The notes below the pieces were generated by a model. It saw only the letters and a program-made list of their open reading frames with translations, did not search any database and was not told the origin of the DNA. A DNA stretch of 49,442 nt from a virus. Each line of letters opens with the position of its first letter. Position 1 is the first letter of the stretch. The stretch covers positions 1 through 49,442 of the IMG/VR virus record IMGVR_UViG_3300010167_000030, one strand, 5' to 3'. Positions 41,301-49,442 of this stretch are shown here, piece after piece. A program made the translations under genes and the position numbers.

Positions 41301-43577
41301 GCCCTTGGCGCAGTAACCGCAGCGGTTAATTTTATGCCTAAAAATATGATAGCAATTGGAATAGGATTAATGGCGGTTTCAACTGCCGTATTGATATTAA
41401 GTAAAGCATTACAAGGATTCGGCGGAATGACTCTTCAGCAGATAGCAAATGGTTTAGCAGTTCTCGGAGGAGCACTTGCTATGATTACTCTTGCTACACT
41501 TGCCATGGAAGGAGCATTAAGTGGAGCAGCAGCTATGATAGTTATATCTTTAGCTATTGGAATGCTTGTGCCTTCTCTATTACTTCTTGGAACAATGAAT
41601 TTAGAAAGCGTAAGTATTGCTTTACTTGCTTTAGCAGGAATATTTGGTGTAATCGGCGCTGCTGCATTCTTTTTAGAACCTTTGATACCAGCAATACTTG
41701 CTTTAGCCGGGGCTATATTCTTGCTTGGTTTATCGGCATTAGCAATTGGAGCAGGTCTTGCATTATTTGCAGTTGGTTTAACATCTTTATCTGTAGCGGG
41801 GGTAGCAGGCGTTACTGCATTGCAAGCTATTGTTATTGGGATGATTGAATTAATACCAAAGGCAGCTTCAGCATTGGCAGCCGGTCTTCTCGAATTTATA
41901 AAAGTAATTGGCGAAGGTATACCGGATATTGTTAAAGTAATCGTAGAACTTATTATGACTTTGGTGCGAACTCTAGCCGATAATGTTCCGGAGTTTCTCG
42001 AAAAAGGATTCGAGATATTAATGGCAATCTTAACCGGTATTCGGAATAATATTCAAAAAATAGTCGTGCTTGGTTTGGAAATTGTTTCTGAATTTCTCGA
42101 TGGAGTAGCAAACGGACTGCCAAATGTTATAAATTCAGCCGTAAATGTAGTTATTGAGTTCTTAAATGCTATCGGAGAACAAACACCACGTATTATTGAT
42201 GCCGGATACCAGATGGTAATTGATTTTCTCAATGGGACAGCCGAAGCAATACGAAAAAATGCAGAAGATTTAGGTTCGGCGTTTATGAATCTTGGCTCGG
42301 CAATAATTGAAGGAATAATATTAGGAATGCTGGGGGCGGTTAAAGGCGCTGTTAATGGTATTGTAAAAGTTGGCAACGCCATTATTGACGGATTTAAAAG
42401 CACTCTTGGCATAAGTTCCCCATCCGAAGTAATGATTGAAAATGGTAAGTATATTTGTGACGGTTTGATTAAAGGTTTAACCGATAAAATTCCACAGATT
42501 AACGAAGCAGGAAACGCTTTAGGTAATGCAATCGGAGATGGATTATCTGACGTAGCCGGAAAAGATGGAGAAACATTTTATGATACCGGAGAAATGTATG
42601 GCCTGGCATTCTCTGATGGAATGACGAATGAAAAAGTCATGAATGAATCGTGGGAAGGCGGCTCTGACTTATCGAAACGAGCGTTAGAAGGAGCAGAGAG
42701 TAATGAAGGGGCATTCGGCGAAGCCGGACAGAGGGCGGCTGAAACCTATATTGGAGGGCTTTATGAAAAAGCAATGGAAGACATCAAAAAGGCTGATAAG
42801 ATTGTAGAAAGGGCTTCTGGTGGTGGTTACGCAGCACTTAGATCGATAGAAGCAGCAACAAAGAAACAATTGCAAAAGGACCTTGGATCTTATGATACAT
42901 GGACTCCACAAATGAAAAAGGCGTATGAGGATGCAGGAGGCCCGTATAATAGCTTAGGAGCGATGGAAGCGGCAGCAAAAGCAGGCGGTATTGAAATAGG
43001 TAAAGCTACAGTAGCCGGAATGACAGAAGGTATTAATAATACAGACTATAGGGATTCGCTTAGAGGCGCCGCCTATGTGGCAGCTAAAGATGCTGAAAGG
43101 GCCGCTCAAAAAGCTCTTAAGATAGAATCACCATCTAAAGTCTTTATGGAAATTGGCGTCCAAACTCTTAAAGGATTCATTAAAGGTTTCCAAGAAGAGA
43201 CTAAAAACGTCGAAGAAAGTATCACAACCATGCTCAATGACGCGATTAACAAAATTTCAAACGTTGTCGAAGATGATGTCGGCTCCCCGACGATTCGACC
43301 GGTATTAGACCTTAACGAAATTCAAAATGGGATAAATAAAATTTCAAGCTTTTTCCAAAAAGATAATGATTTAGCCTTGAAAATTGCAAACGATACAATT
43401 TCGAAGCGTAAAAATGCCCCGATGAGTATTTTTGGAAAAGAAACAGACGAAGAAGGCGGAAATGTTATATTTAAACAATACAATACGTCACCTAAAGCCT
43501 TATCCAGAACTGAGATTTACAGACAGACAAACAACCTTGTATCGCAATTTAAAGGAAGGGTGGTGAATCCAACATGA
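38349..43577 (+). CDS. Tape measure protein
   Basis: 1,742 aa. Central run of roughly 59-aa hydrophobic repeats (L.KGL.GVG..L...). Located upstream of Dit. Confidence 0.9.
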   Translation: MSIDKRIVDMQFNNAAFEKGIGTTLSSLEQLKKSLDFDGGRGFDNLTKAAQGVDAGIEAIKVSFSALQIVGITVLSELTKGALNMGKQIVGSLTDPLISGGKKRAQNIEQAKFMFKGLGMDTEEAMKNSREAVLGTAYGLDEAARIAAQLGASGVELGNDMTTALKGIAGVAAMTSSDMTSIGSIFTTVAGQGKLMTMQLRQMENRGLNAAAVMGEAWGKTEAEVRDMITKGLVSFEMFSGAMSSKFGEHATKANEMYSGAISNMRSAFARIGADFYTPFYENMRQVINAFTPIVNQIHAGLKPVLNSMEQGMISVREHIVGVFEGLDLSDFIGKSIKAGPYWTSTLKGIYTQVEETGTLSRVMLSQMEISGIDAAGAIAKSMGKTNEEIREMISNGEITFEMFDKAMNAAGAYPGIILNSLSAIKNVLNVLSEAIKPVRDAFREIFPSKGTGGLAAFVENFKDLTEKFKIGEDAANNIKRTFKGVFAIFDIGLMGVKGAIQVLGSAISLLVGIIAPGAGGILDLTAVIGDFFVSLRDGIKQAEPFALVAEVISGALNSIKTTINGFLKVSLEPIRTFSRDAEDAFKPLTVVSTGVTTAFSAIQKVMEFVAPGVKWLGGMIVKAFGKMAEGIYTFISSLGDAQLTLGILNTLLLTGVYVSIKNVADRILKTIKDIPAAIGGSTFISMKKAFDDLRITFQAYQQNIRAKTLKEIAIAIGILAGSLWVLSTINPEKLALGVAGITTLFANLTGAMILMTQKSILSMKLPIVASGLTFMATAILILSFAMKNLAALDWEDLLKGLIGVGILTEILIKAADSIWMAGPKLIQTGISLIAFSTAILIMTQAVKQLGDLDHISLAKGLIGVGVLLGGLVIFLKKAKLEKIGMSSAVALIALGVALKIMASAVASFGNMDLITLAKGLGGVGVSLALLAMFTRIVDDKKLLGTGIAMIAVGAAMLLLSKAIVTIGSMKLEELDNGLLGMAVALGAVTAAVNFMPKNMIAIGIGLMAVSTAVLILSKALQGFGGMTLQQIANGLAVLGGALAMITLATLAMEGALSGAAAMIVISLAIGMLVPSLLLLGTMNLESVSIALLALAGIFGVIGAAAFFLEPLIPAILALAGAIFLLGLSALAIGAGLALFAVGLTSLSVAGVAGVTALQAIVIGMIELIPKAASALAAGLLEFIKVIGEGIPDIVKVIVELIMTLVRTLADNVPEFLEKGFEILMAILTGIRNNIQKIVVLGLEIVSEFLDGVANGLPNVINSAVNVVIEFLNAIGEQTPRIIDAGYQMVIDFLNGTAEAIRKNAEDLGSAFMNLGSAIIEGIILGMLGAVKGAVNGIVKVGNAIIDGFKSTLGISSPSEVMIENGKYICDGLIKGLTDKIPQINEAGNALGNAIGDGLSDVAGKDGETFYDTGEMYGLAFSDGMTNEKVMNESWEGGSDLSKRALEGAESNEGAFGEAGQRAAETYIGGLYEKAMEDIKKADKIVERASGGGYAALRSIEAATKKQLQKDLGSYDTWTPQMKKAYEDAGGPYNSLGAMEAAAKAGGIEIGKATVAGMTEGINNTDYRDSLRGAAYVAAKDAERAAQKALKIESPSKVFMEIGVQTLKGFIKGFQEETKNVEESITTMLNDAINKISNVVEDDVGSPTIRPVLDLNEIQNGINKISSFFQKDNDLALKIANDTISKRKNAPMSIFGKETDEEGGNVIFKQYNTSPKALSRTEIYRQTNNLVSQFKGRVVNPT

Positions 43578-44461
43578 TTTATGCCGTAACAGCATATAAC
43601 TATCTGGGAGAACATGTTAGGATGGAGCTAGCTTATCCAGAAAAATCAGGATTCCTAATTTATAATATTGAAGGAATCGGGCCGCCAAAAGCAAATATTA
43701 ACATCTCAGAAGTCGCCAATTTTGATGGTGGCTTTTTTAATTCGTCCAGGGCAACGACCAGAAATATTCTTTTGTCCCTTAAGCATATGGGCCAGCCGAT
43801 GGTAGAAGATACGAGGCATCGCTCATATAAATATTTCCCGCTTCAGAAACCAATAAGATTGGTTTTCGAAACAGACAGACGAACTACTGAAATCTACGGT
43901 TATGTCGAGTCAAACGAGCCGGCAATATTCTCAAAAGAGCAGCATACGAAGATTTCAATCCTCTGTCCAAGGCCATACTTTCAATCGGTACGCAATTACA
44001 TAACAGTATTCTCAGGGATCGATTCAATGTTTGAATTCCCGTTTTCGAACGAATCTTTAACCGAAAAACTCATAATTATGAGTCAAATCAAAGCAACAAC
44101 GGTGGAGACTATCTGGTACGACGGGGATGTTGAAACGGGCGTCGTCATACACATTCATGCCATTGGAGACGTTACAAACCCCGCAATTTACAATCTTGAC
44201 ACAAAAGAAGAAATTAAACTCACTACAACAATGAGTTACGGAGACGATATCGTTATCTCAACGGTTCAAGGAGATAGGTTTATACAAAAATTAAGTAACG
44301 GAGTTGTTTCAAACATAATTAATTCTGCTATGTCTTTTGATAGGCTTCCGGATTGGTTTAAACTCCGAAAAGGGCATAACACTTTTGCTTATACGGCTGA
44401 TTATGGAGTATTGAATATGACGTTCAACATGAGTAGACATATTCTCTATGAGGGGGTATGA
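43574..44461 (+). CDS. Distal tail protein (Dit-like)
   Basis: 295 aa. ATGA-coupled to the tape measure gene. Confidence 0.65.
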   Translation: MIYAVTAYNYLGEHVRMELAYPEKSGFLIYNIEGIGPPKANINISEVANFDGGFFNSSRATTRNILLSLKHMGQPMVEDTRHRSYKYFPLQKPIRLVFETDRRTTEIYGYVESNEPAIFSKEQHTKISILCPRPYFQSVRNYITVFSGIDSMFEFPFSNESLTEKLIIMSQIKATTVETIWYDGDVETGVVIHIHAIGDVTNPAIYNLDTKEEIKLTTTMSYGDDIVISTVQGDRFIQKLSNGVVSNIINSAMSFDRLPDWFKLRKGHNTFAYTADYGVLNMTFNMSRHILYEGV

Positions 44462-45570
44462 CGATGGAAGGAATAATCATAAATAAAGAATTTACCTCGT
44501 TAGCCGTTGTAGATATTTTCGATTCATTTCTTTGGATTGAGCGACTAAATTTATGCGGAGATTTTGAAATTTATGCATCTGCTACTTCATCATTACTGTC
44601 AGCAATAAAACGTAAATACTATCTCCGAATAAAAGAATCCGAACATTTAATGATTATCGAAGACATTAAAGTTGATACTGATTTCGAAGACGGCAATAAA
44701 ATTTTAATAACAGGACGATCGCTTGAATCAATACTCGATCGTCGCATTATTTGGGTCCAAACGGTTTTGCATGGGAATTTCCAGGATGAAATTGAGCGAT
44801 TACTCGATGAGGCTGTAATGAATCCCATAATTGAGCCGGAGCTAAGGAAAATTCCAAATTTTATATTTAAGCATACAGACGACCCATTAATTACATCTCT
44901 CGAAATAAAAGCGCAATTCACGGGCGCTAATCTTTACGAAGCGATATCTTCATTGTGCCAGTCCTACGGAATCGGCTTCAAGATAACGCTTAATAAATCC
45001 AATCAGTTTGTCTTTGAATTATATTCTGGTAAAGAACGGTCATTTGACCAACATGAGATTCCATATGTGATATTTTCAGAGGAATTCGACAATGTCGTTG
45101 ATAGTTCATATTTCGAATCCGATAGGTTAGAGAAGACAGCAACACTCGTTGCCGGAGAAGGAGAAGGAATTGAACGAAGGACTCATGCGGTCTATGCAAA
45201 AGTAGATGCTGCTGGACTGGAAAGACGCGAGATGTATACGGATGCCCGTGATATTCAATCAGAAGTTTATGAAGAAGGGGCTTCTGAGTCAACGATATTG
45301 CCAGAAGGAGAGTATATGAAATTGCTTGAACGCCGAGGCCTCGAAAAACTTGCTGAGAATAGTTATATTCAAACATTTGAAGCTAAAGTAAAAGAAGGGC
45401 AGGGATTTAAATTCGACGTTGATTATTTCATGGGAGACATTATACAAGTTATTAATAATTACGGAATGCAACTCAGATCAAGGGTCATTGAGCTTATCCG
45501 ATCTAATGACAAAACCGGTCTGAACATATATCCGACATTCGGCCCAATAGTGAATAAGGAGGAGGAGTAG
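44458..45570 (+). CDS. Siphovirus Gp37-like baseplate/tail-tip protein
   Basis: LAVVDIFDSFLWIERLNLCGDFEIYA...HLMIIEDIKVD...ITGRSLESILDRRIIW. Confidence 0.6.
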   Translation: MTMEGIIINKEFTSLAVVDIFDSFLWIERLNLCGDFEIYASATSSLLSAIKRKYYLRIKESEHLMIIEDIKVDTDFEDGNKILITGRSLESILDRRIIWVQTVLHGNFQDEIERLLDEAVMNPIIEPELRKIPNFIFKHTDDPLITSLEIKAQFTGANLYEAISSLCQSYGIGFKITLNKSNQFVFELYSGKERSFDQHEIPYVIFSEEFDNVVDSSYFESDRLEKTATLVAGEGEGIERRTHAVYAKVDAAGLERREMYTDARDIQSEVYEEGASESTILPEGEYMKLLERRGLEKLAENSYIQTFEAKVKEGQGFKFDVDYFMGDIIQVINNYGMQLRSRVIELIRSNDKTGLNIYPTFGPIVNKEEE

Positions 45571-45572
45571 TC

Positions 45573-47378
45573 ATGGCTGTGACATATGGATTTTTTGATT
45601 CTGTGGGAGGAGACCGAACGTACAATGCTCGTCAAATGTCTCAACTTTTTGAAGGGATTATACGAGACGGAGTATTTCGGACAGTTGGGGATAAATTAGC
45701 CGTTATGCCAAATAACGGAATGGTGGTCAATGTTGGAAGTGGCAGGGCTTGGATAAATGGGTCGTGGCTGCATAATGATGCAACTTTACCAATAGCATTA
45801 GATCCTTCAGAACAATTATTCGATAGAATAGACGCCATTGTGATGGAGATAGATGCCAGCGAAGCGGTCAGGGCCGGTCGGATTTTTAAGATTAAAGGCA
45901 TACCAGCCACTATTCCGGAGCGTCCAATAATGGTAGATGACGATTTCGTGAAGCAATACGCACTTGGTTATATTTTGGTAGAAGCTGAAACGACTGAAAT
46001 AACTGCTATTAATATTACCGATGTTGTGGGCTTCGCAGAAACTCCATTTGTTACGGGACCACTTGAAACGGCCAGCGTTGATTATTTATTTGACCAATGG
46101 TATGAAGAATTTAATAATTGGTTTCAGCATATTCAAGGGTTACTTGAGGATGACATTGTGCTGTCTTTGCAGAATCAGATAAACCAGAATAAATACGCGA
46201 TTACAGAATTGCAGAATAAAACCATATTAGCAACTCAGCAAGAAGCAGAAGAAGGTACAAGTACGGTCATTCGCGCATGGAACCCCGCATTAATTAAAAC
46301 CGTTGCGATTAATACTTCTGGCTATAACGTTGGATCATATTTATCTTTTGTTGATAAAATAAATGCCGAATCGCTCGACGCAGCATTCGGCAAAAACAAC
46401 ACAAGTAGGGTATTGAATATCGGAATGCAACTTGCCATGTTTGCTTGGTTTAAAGGAGCTGATCCAATAGCATTTCCATTTAATCAATTAAAATTTTGCG
46501 ATACTTTTGAAAAATGCGTTGAGGTGGCGTCGCTTGAAATTCTTGAAAACGACCAAATAATGGATTTAATTGAGCTTTCTCCATTTGCAATATCGCAATT
46601 TTATAGTCCTTCGGCAGTTAGAACGTGGAAAAAAAGTTATAACATAATGGAACGAATATTGTCTAAAGCTATTATAGTTAACCGCATTCGGAATACTACG
46701 GAATTACGAGAAGCATTTCATGAGAATAAAATAGCGCTGACTACTGTTGGCGCCGGAACGTTTATCGTTCCAATGGAGATTGAGGGGGATTGCATTATTG
46801 TGTTTGGGGTTGCTGGAGGAAGAGATGGAGTCGGAGGGGCATCTAGTTCTGGCGCCGGAGATGGAGGAAATGCCGGTGGTGCTTTTCAGCAGCTTATTAA
46901 AATTGTTCCTGGTCAGAGTTTTAATTATAACGTTGGAGGTGGGCAGCAAAATACTACGTTTGGTACTTTTACAGCAGTTACTACTACTCCTCCGCCAGCT
47001 CAAGATGGTTTGATTGTTAGACGTTCTGGTAATGGGGCGTCAACGGGAGGATCTGGAGGCGGTGGTGGTGGTGGATATGGTGGTGGTGGTGGTGGATATG
47101 GTAATGGAACAACAACGGCTGGGTCCGGAAAGCCAGGAATTGGTGGGTATGGTGGAAATAATGGTGGGCATGGCGGCGCAAGTAATAGTGGTAATCAGGG
47201 CGCTGCCGGTTCTGGCTTAAGAGATATAGGAGACGGAGGCGGAGGTGGTGGTGGTGGTGGATATGGTAATCCCCAAACCGCTGGTGGTAATGCGCCAAAT
47301 GGAGGCGCCGGAGGACTCGCTATCAATTATCAAAATGGTGGCAAAGGCGGTCCAGGCGCAATCGCGATATTTATGTAA
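45573..47378 (+). CDS. Tail fibre / receptor-binding protein with glycine-rich C-terminus
   Basis: N-terminus YGFFDSVGGDRTYNARQMSQLFEGIIRDGVF...VNVGSGRAWINGSW. The C-terminal roughly 190 aa are about 50 percent Gly (GGGGGGGYGGGGGGYGNG...). Confidence 0.7.
   Translation: MAVTYGFFDSVGGDRTYNARQMSQLFEGIIRDGVFRTVGDKLAVMPNNGMVVNVGSGRAWINGSWLHNDATLPIALDPSEQLFDRIDAIVMEIDASEAVRAGRIFKIKGIPATIPERPIMVDDDFVKQYALGYILVEAETTEITAINITDVVGFAETPFVTGPLETASVDYLFDQWYEEFNNWFQHIQGLLEDDIVLSLQNQINQNKYAITELQNKTILATQQEAEEGTSTVIRAWNPALIKTVAINTSGYNVGSYLSFVDKINAESLDAAFGKNNTSRVLNIGMQLAMFAWFKGADPIAFPFNQLKFCDTFEKCVEVASLEILENDQIMDLIELSPFAISQFYSPSAVRTWKKSYNIMERILSKAIIVNRIRNTTELREAFHENKIALTTVGAGTFIVPMEIEGDCIIVFGVAGGRDGVGGASSSGAGDGGNAGGAFQQLIKIVPGQSFNYNVGGGQQNTTFGTFTAVTTTPPPAQDGLIVRRSGNGASTGGSGGGGGGGYGGGGGGYGNGTTTAGSGKPGIGGYGGNNGGHGGASNSGNQGAAGSGLRDIGDGGGGGGGGGYGNPQTAGGNAPNGGAGGLAINYQNGGKGGPGAIAIFM
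47057..47105 (+). repeat. (GGT)n-GGATATGGT simple-sequence repeat inside the fibre gene (second block at 47235-47270)
   Basis: GGCGGTGGTGGTGGTGGATATGGT appears twice in tandem, with a third related block 130 nt downstream. Confidence 0.85.
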
Positions 47379-47393
47379 AGGAGGATGCTGAAA

Positions 47394-47636
47394 ATGCAAA
47401 CACTGGAAGATAAATTTACCGAGCAAATAAATGAAATCAGAGACGAATTTCATATGTTGAAACGTCAAGTCTTGGGATACCAAATACCAAATTCATGGAT
47501 CCCCAATGAATACTACTTGCACGATGACGAGTTAGAGTATCCGGAAGGAAGTGATATTTGGTATCGAGTGATAGTGCCAAGAGTCAAAAGCGAAACCCCG
47601 CCCCCAGAAGATGAGCAATCATGGGAGGCTATATAA
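47394..47636 (+). CDS. Hypothetical tail-associated protein
   Basis: ATG at 47394 lies 9 nt after AGGAGG; the ORF-track ATG at 47385 abuts the SD. Confidence 0.6.
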   Translation: MQTLEDKFTEQINEIRDEFHMLKRQVLGYQIPNSWIPNEYYLHDDELEYPEGSDIWYRVIVPRVKSETPPPEDEQSWEAI

Positions 47637-47659
47637 AATGATATTTGGAGGAAATTAAC

Positions 47660-48319
47660 ATGGTCGAAATCATAGTAGATTATATTCCGTCCGGACGGCG
47701 CAATCGTCCTGCTAAGCCGAATCCATGTAGTTACATCACAATACATAATACGGGAAATACTCAAGCCGGGTCAAACGCCAAGGCTCACGCTAACTATTTA
47801 AAGAATAGTCAAGATGTCGCAGATCCGAAAAGCCCTAAAAGCTGGCATTATACGGTAGACGGCGCAGTCATATACCAGCACATACCCGATAACGAAACCG
47901 CATATCATGCCGGAGATGGCGCTGGCAAAGGAAATACTCAGAGTATCGGCATTGAGATTTGTATGAATAGCGACGGCGACCTAATAGAAGCTACTGAGAA
48001 TACCGTTTCTCTGGTTGCTAAATTAATGAAAGACCACGACATAGCGATAGAAAACGTGGTCCAGCACAATTATTGGAGTGGCAAAAATTGTCCACAGATG
48101 TTACGAAGTGGTAATCCTTATAGTTGGACGACATTCATAGAAAAAGTAAAGGATGCAGTAATGCCAAAAGAAACGAAGCCGTCTTGGGCCGATCCGTATT
48201 GGAATCACTTAAACCAAATTGGTTGCGAAATCGAAGAAAAGCGCTATTCCAGTCCTATAACCAGAGGAGAAGTTTTTGCTTTGCTTTCTCGTTATCATAA
48301 AGCGAGAGCTCATATGTAA
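47660..48319 (+). CDS. Endolysin, N-acetylmuramoyl-L-alanine amidase (Amidase_2/PGRP type)
   Basis: ITIHNTGN...AHANYL...SWHYTVD...AYHAGDG...GNTQSIGIEIC...VVQHNYWSGKNCP. Confidence 0.85.
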   Translation: MVEIIVDYIPSGRRNRPAKPNPCSYITIHNTGNTQAGSNAKAHANYLKNSQDVADPKSPKSWHYTVDGAVIYQHIPDNETAYHAGDGAGKGNTQSIGIEICMNSDGDLIEATENTVSLVAKLMKDHDIAIENVVQHNYWSGKNCPQMLRSGNPYSWTTFIEKVKDAVMPKETKPSWADPYWNHLNQIGCEIEEKRYSSPITRGEVFALLSRYHKARAHM

Positions 48320-48341
48320 AAATTCAAAATGGAGGTAAAAA

Positions 48342-48752
48342 ATGAACGCGTTATCCAATGGTCAAATCGATAGTATAGTGCAACTTGCCGAAGCTATTGA
48401 TAACTACGGAGCGCTAATGATTGGCCTTACATTATTTGTACTGATTGCTTTAATAGCGATTTCTTTTGTTTTCAATCGCGTTAATAAAATGACAAAAGAT
48501 AGAGACGAAGATTTTAAAAACATGCGTACAAACAATCAGCAACTGTTTAAACACTTGATGGACAACGCCTTCCAAGTTGAGCAAAAAGAAGTATCCAAAA
48601 GTATATTCCCCTCAGGTGTTGTAGAAGAAAAATTACGGACTATTACAACCATATCTAACAAAAAAGCGAGTATTTACTCTATTGCCCTGCTTATGCTAAT
48701 TATTTTAATGGCGATTTTTATTCTTTTAGGGCGTCGAGTAAGTAAAAGATAG
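48342..48752 (+). CDS. Two-TM lysis-cassette membrane protein
   Basis: TM helices ALMIGLTLFVLIALIAISFVF and IYSIALLMLIILMAIFILLG. Sits between the lysin and the holin. Confidence 0.6.
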   Translation: MNALSNGQIDSIVQLAEAIDNYGALMIGLTLFVLIALIAISFVFNRVNKMTKDRDEDFKNMRTNNQQLFKHLMDNAFQVEQKEVSKSIFPSGVVEEKLRTITTISNKKASIYSIALLMLIILMAIFILLGRRVSKR

Positions 48753-48761
48753 GAGTTATTA

Positions 48762-49034
48762 ATGAATGAGTTTTTAACATGGGACGTATTGGCGACGCTT
48801 GGAGGGGCTAGTATCGCTGTCTCAGCAATGACAGAAATAATAAAATACTACGCAAAGGTTAATCCAAAATGGATAGTTTTAGTATTATCCATGGTCGTTA
48901 TGTATGGGGTCCAGATCGTTTATTACCAAACATATGAGGTTGGCGATTATTTAATGTCCGCTCTTAATGGAATAGTCGTAGCTGGAATGTCAATAGGGGT
49001 CTTTGAGGGAATTATTAAAAACTTTGAGAAATAG
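48762..49034 (+). CDS. Holin
   Basis: 90 aa with 3 hydrophobic segments and a charged C-terminus, adjacent to the endolysin. Confidence 0.65.
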   Translation: MNEFLTWDVLATLGGASIAVSAMTEIIKYYAKVNPKWIVLVLSMVVMYGVQIVYYQTYEVGDYLMSALNGIVVAGMSIGVFEGIIKNFEK

Positions 49035-49043
49035 GAGACTATC

Positions 49044-49247
49044 GTGGACGTTGATACCGATAAAATAATATTATATACTGTAAAGGATATAGGACAGATT
49101 TTTAAATGCGGGACGAAGCACGCCTACGAGATAGTTAACACTAAGGGATTCCCATCAATAAAAATCGGAGGAAGATTCTTAGTTGAGAAAAAGGCCCTTG
49201 AGAAATGGCTCGCAGATAACAAGGGCCGGTCGGTTATTGTGAATTAA
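49044..49247 (+). CDS. xis: Excisionase-type (MerR-like winged HTH) DNA-binding protein
   Basis: YTVKDIGQIFKCGTKHAYEIVNTKGFPSIKIGGRFLVEKKALEKWL. GTG start after AGGAG. Last gene before the att core. Confidence 0.7.
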   Translation: MDVDTDKIILYTVKDIGQIFKCGTKHAYEIVNTKGFPSIKIGGRFLVEKKALEKWLADNKGRSVIVN

Positions 49248-49248
49248 C

Positions 49249-49266
49249 ATTGGTATATGTTTGGTA
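49249..49266 (+). promoter_or_regulatory. Putative integrase arm-type binding sites (P side)
   Basis: TTGGTATA at 49249-49256 and 49259-49266 (10-bp phasing), between xis and the att core. Confidence 0.45.
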
Positions 49267-49319
49267 TAGATATTCTGAAAAAATTCTAAGGACGTTGAAA
49301 TCTCAATACTATTATATTT

Positions 49320-49367
49320 GGTTTCCTAAACCGTGCGTCGGATGTTCGAATCATCTCGGGGGTACCA
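49320..49367 (+). tRNA. Second copy of the partial tRNA-Arg(CCU) 3' part (att core)
   Basis: Identical to 1-48. Confidence 0.65.
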
Positions 49368-49442
49368 TCAAAAATCCTTGTAATCATGCAAATTCAAACG
49401 ATTACGGGGATTTTTTCTTTTATTCTAAATGGTTATATTTAC
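49320..49442. repeat. Terminal direct repeat, right copy (exact identity with 1..123)
   Basis: Same 123 nt as 1-123. Preceded by xis; the left copy is followed by int. Confidence 0.95.

Noticed and set aside
38339-42911. Series of minus-strand ORFs (for example 38339-38713, 39587-40030, 40910-41197, 42053-42412) opposite the tape measure gene.
   Set aside because: These are shadow ORFs within a long compositionally biased gene. They lack SD sequences and give low-complexity Ser/Pro/Ile-rich translations. The same reasoning applies to the other minus-strand track ORFs inside int, the replicase, helicase, TerL, portal and capsid genes.
47014-47298. His-rich ORF on the minus strand (47017-47298) and Val/Met-rich ORF on the + strand (47014-47220).
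   Set aside because: Both are alternative-frame readings of the (GGT)n/(GGN)n tract inside the fibre gene. They have no RBS and lie wholly inside a well-supported CDS.
1-49442. Diversity-generating retroelement, retron or other reverse-transcriptase-based system, and classic defence systems (RM, Abi, TA with known toxin folds).
   Set aside because: No ORF shows RT motifs (YxDD) or methyltransferase/restriction motifs. No template/variable repeat pair was seen near the fibre gene. The only toxin-like domain is the one reported at 30656-31543.

Overview
The window is one complete genome unit, 49,319 bp plus an exact 123-bp terminal duplication (1-123 = 49320-49442), of a temperate, low-GC, Firmicutes-style siphovirus or prophage. 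About 75 genes are tightly packed, and all but one lie on the + strand. All protein-family calls rest on motif recognition by eye; no database search was run.

Gene order:
- An att region built on the 3' part of a tRNA-Arg(CCU) gene, flanked by xis (49044-49247) and int (270-1445).
- A roughly 10-kb early region (1.5-12 kb) of small, largely membrane-associated proteins. It holds several paralogous gene sets, two tRNA-like RNA genes and many short transcription units.
- A replication block: a 1,319-aa P-loop NTPase + AEP primase + family-B DNA polymerase fusion, an SSB-like protein and an SF2 helicase.
- A 600-bp non-coding region carrying an AGCCCACTTT(T) repeat array.
- A VRR-NUC nuclease, a PD-(D/E)XK nuclease and an 881-aa protein with the xADFDGD double-psi-beta-barrel RNA polymerase signature.
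- A cos/pac-like spacer, followed by packaging, head, tail and lysis genes: small terminase candidate, HNH, TerL, portal, protease-capsid fusion, major tail protein, chaperones, 1,742-aa tape measure, Dit, Gp37-like protein, glycine-rich fibre, amidase and holins.

Most interesting observations:
1. A rigid 30-nt promoter-like motif, CGCG-N6-ACA-N5-TnTAAT-GAA, occurs at least 9 times. It lacks a -35 element and differs from the three canonical sigma-A promoters I can see (int, the lone antisense gene, and one at 21368).
2. The YonO-like RNA polymerase candidate carries HTH-like segments. Its N-terminus resembles a motif (THYGxLGMKWG) shared by three proteins inserted in the packaging module.
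3. One of those three proteins ends in a papain-fold (Tox-PL1-like) toxin domain. It is followed by a small immunity-like gene that has its own copy of the phage promoter motif.
4. Two non-canonical tRNA-like RNAs each start a few nt downstream of a promoter copy.
5. There is an iteron-like array and an all-in-one replicase fusion.
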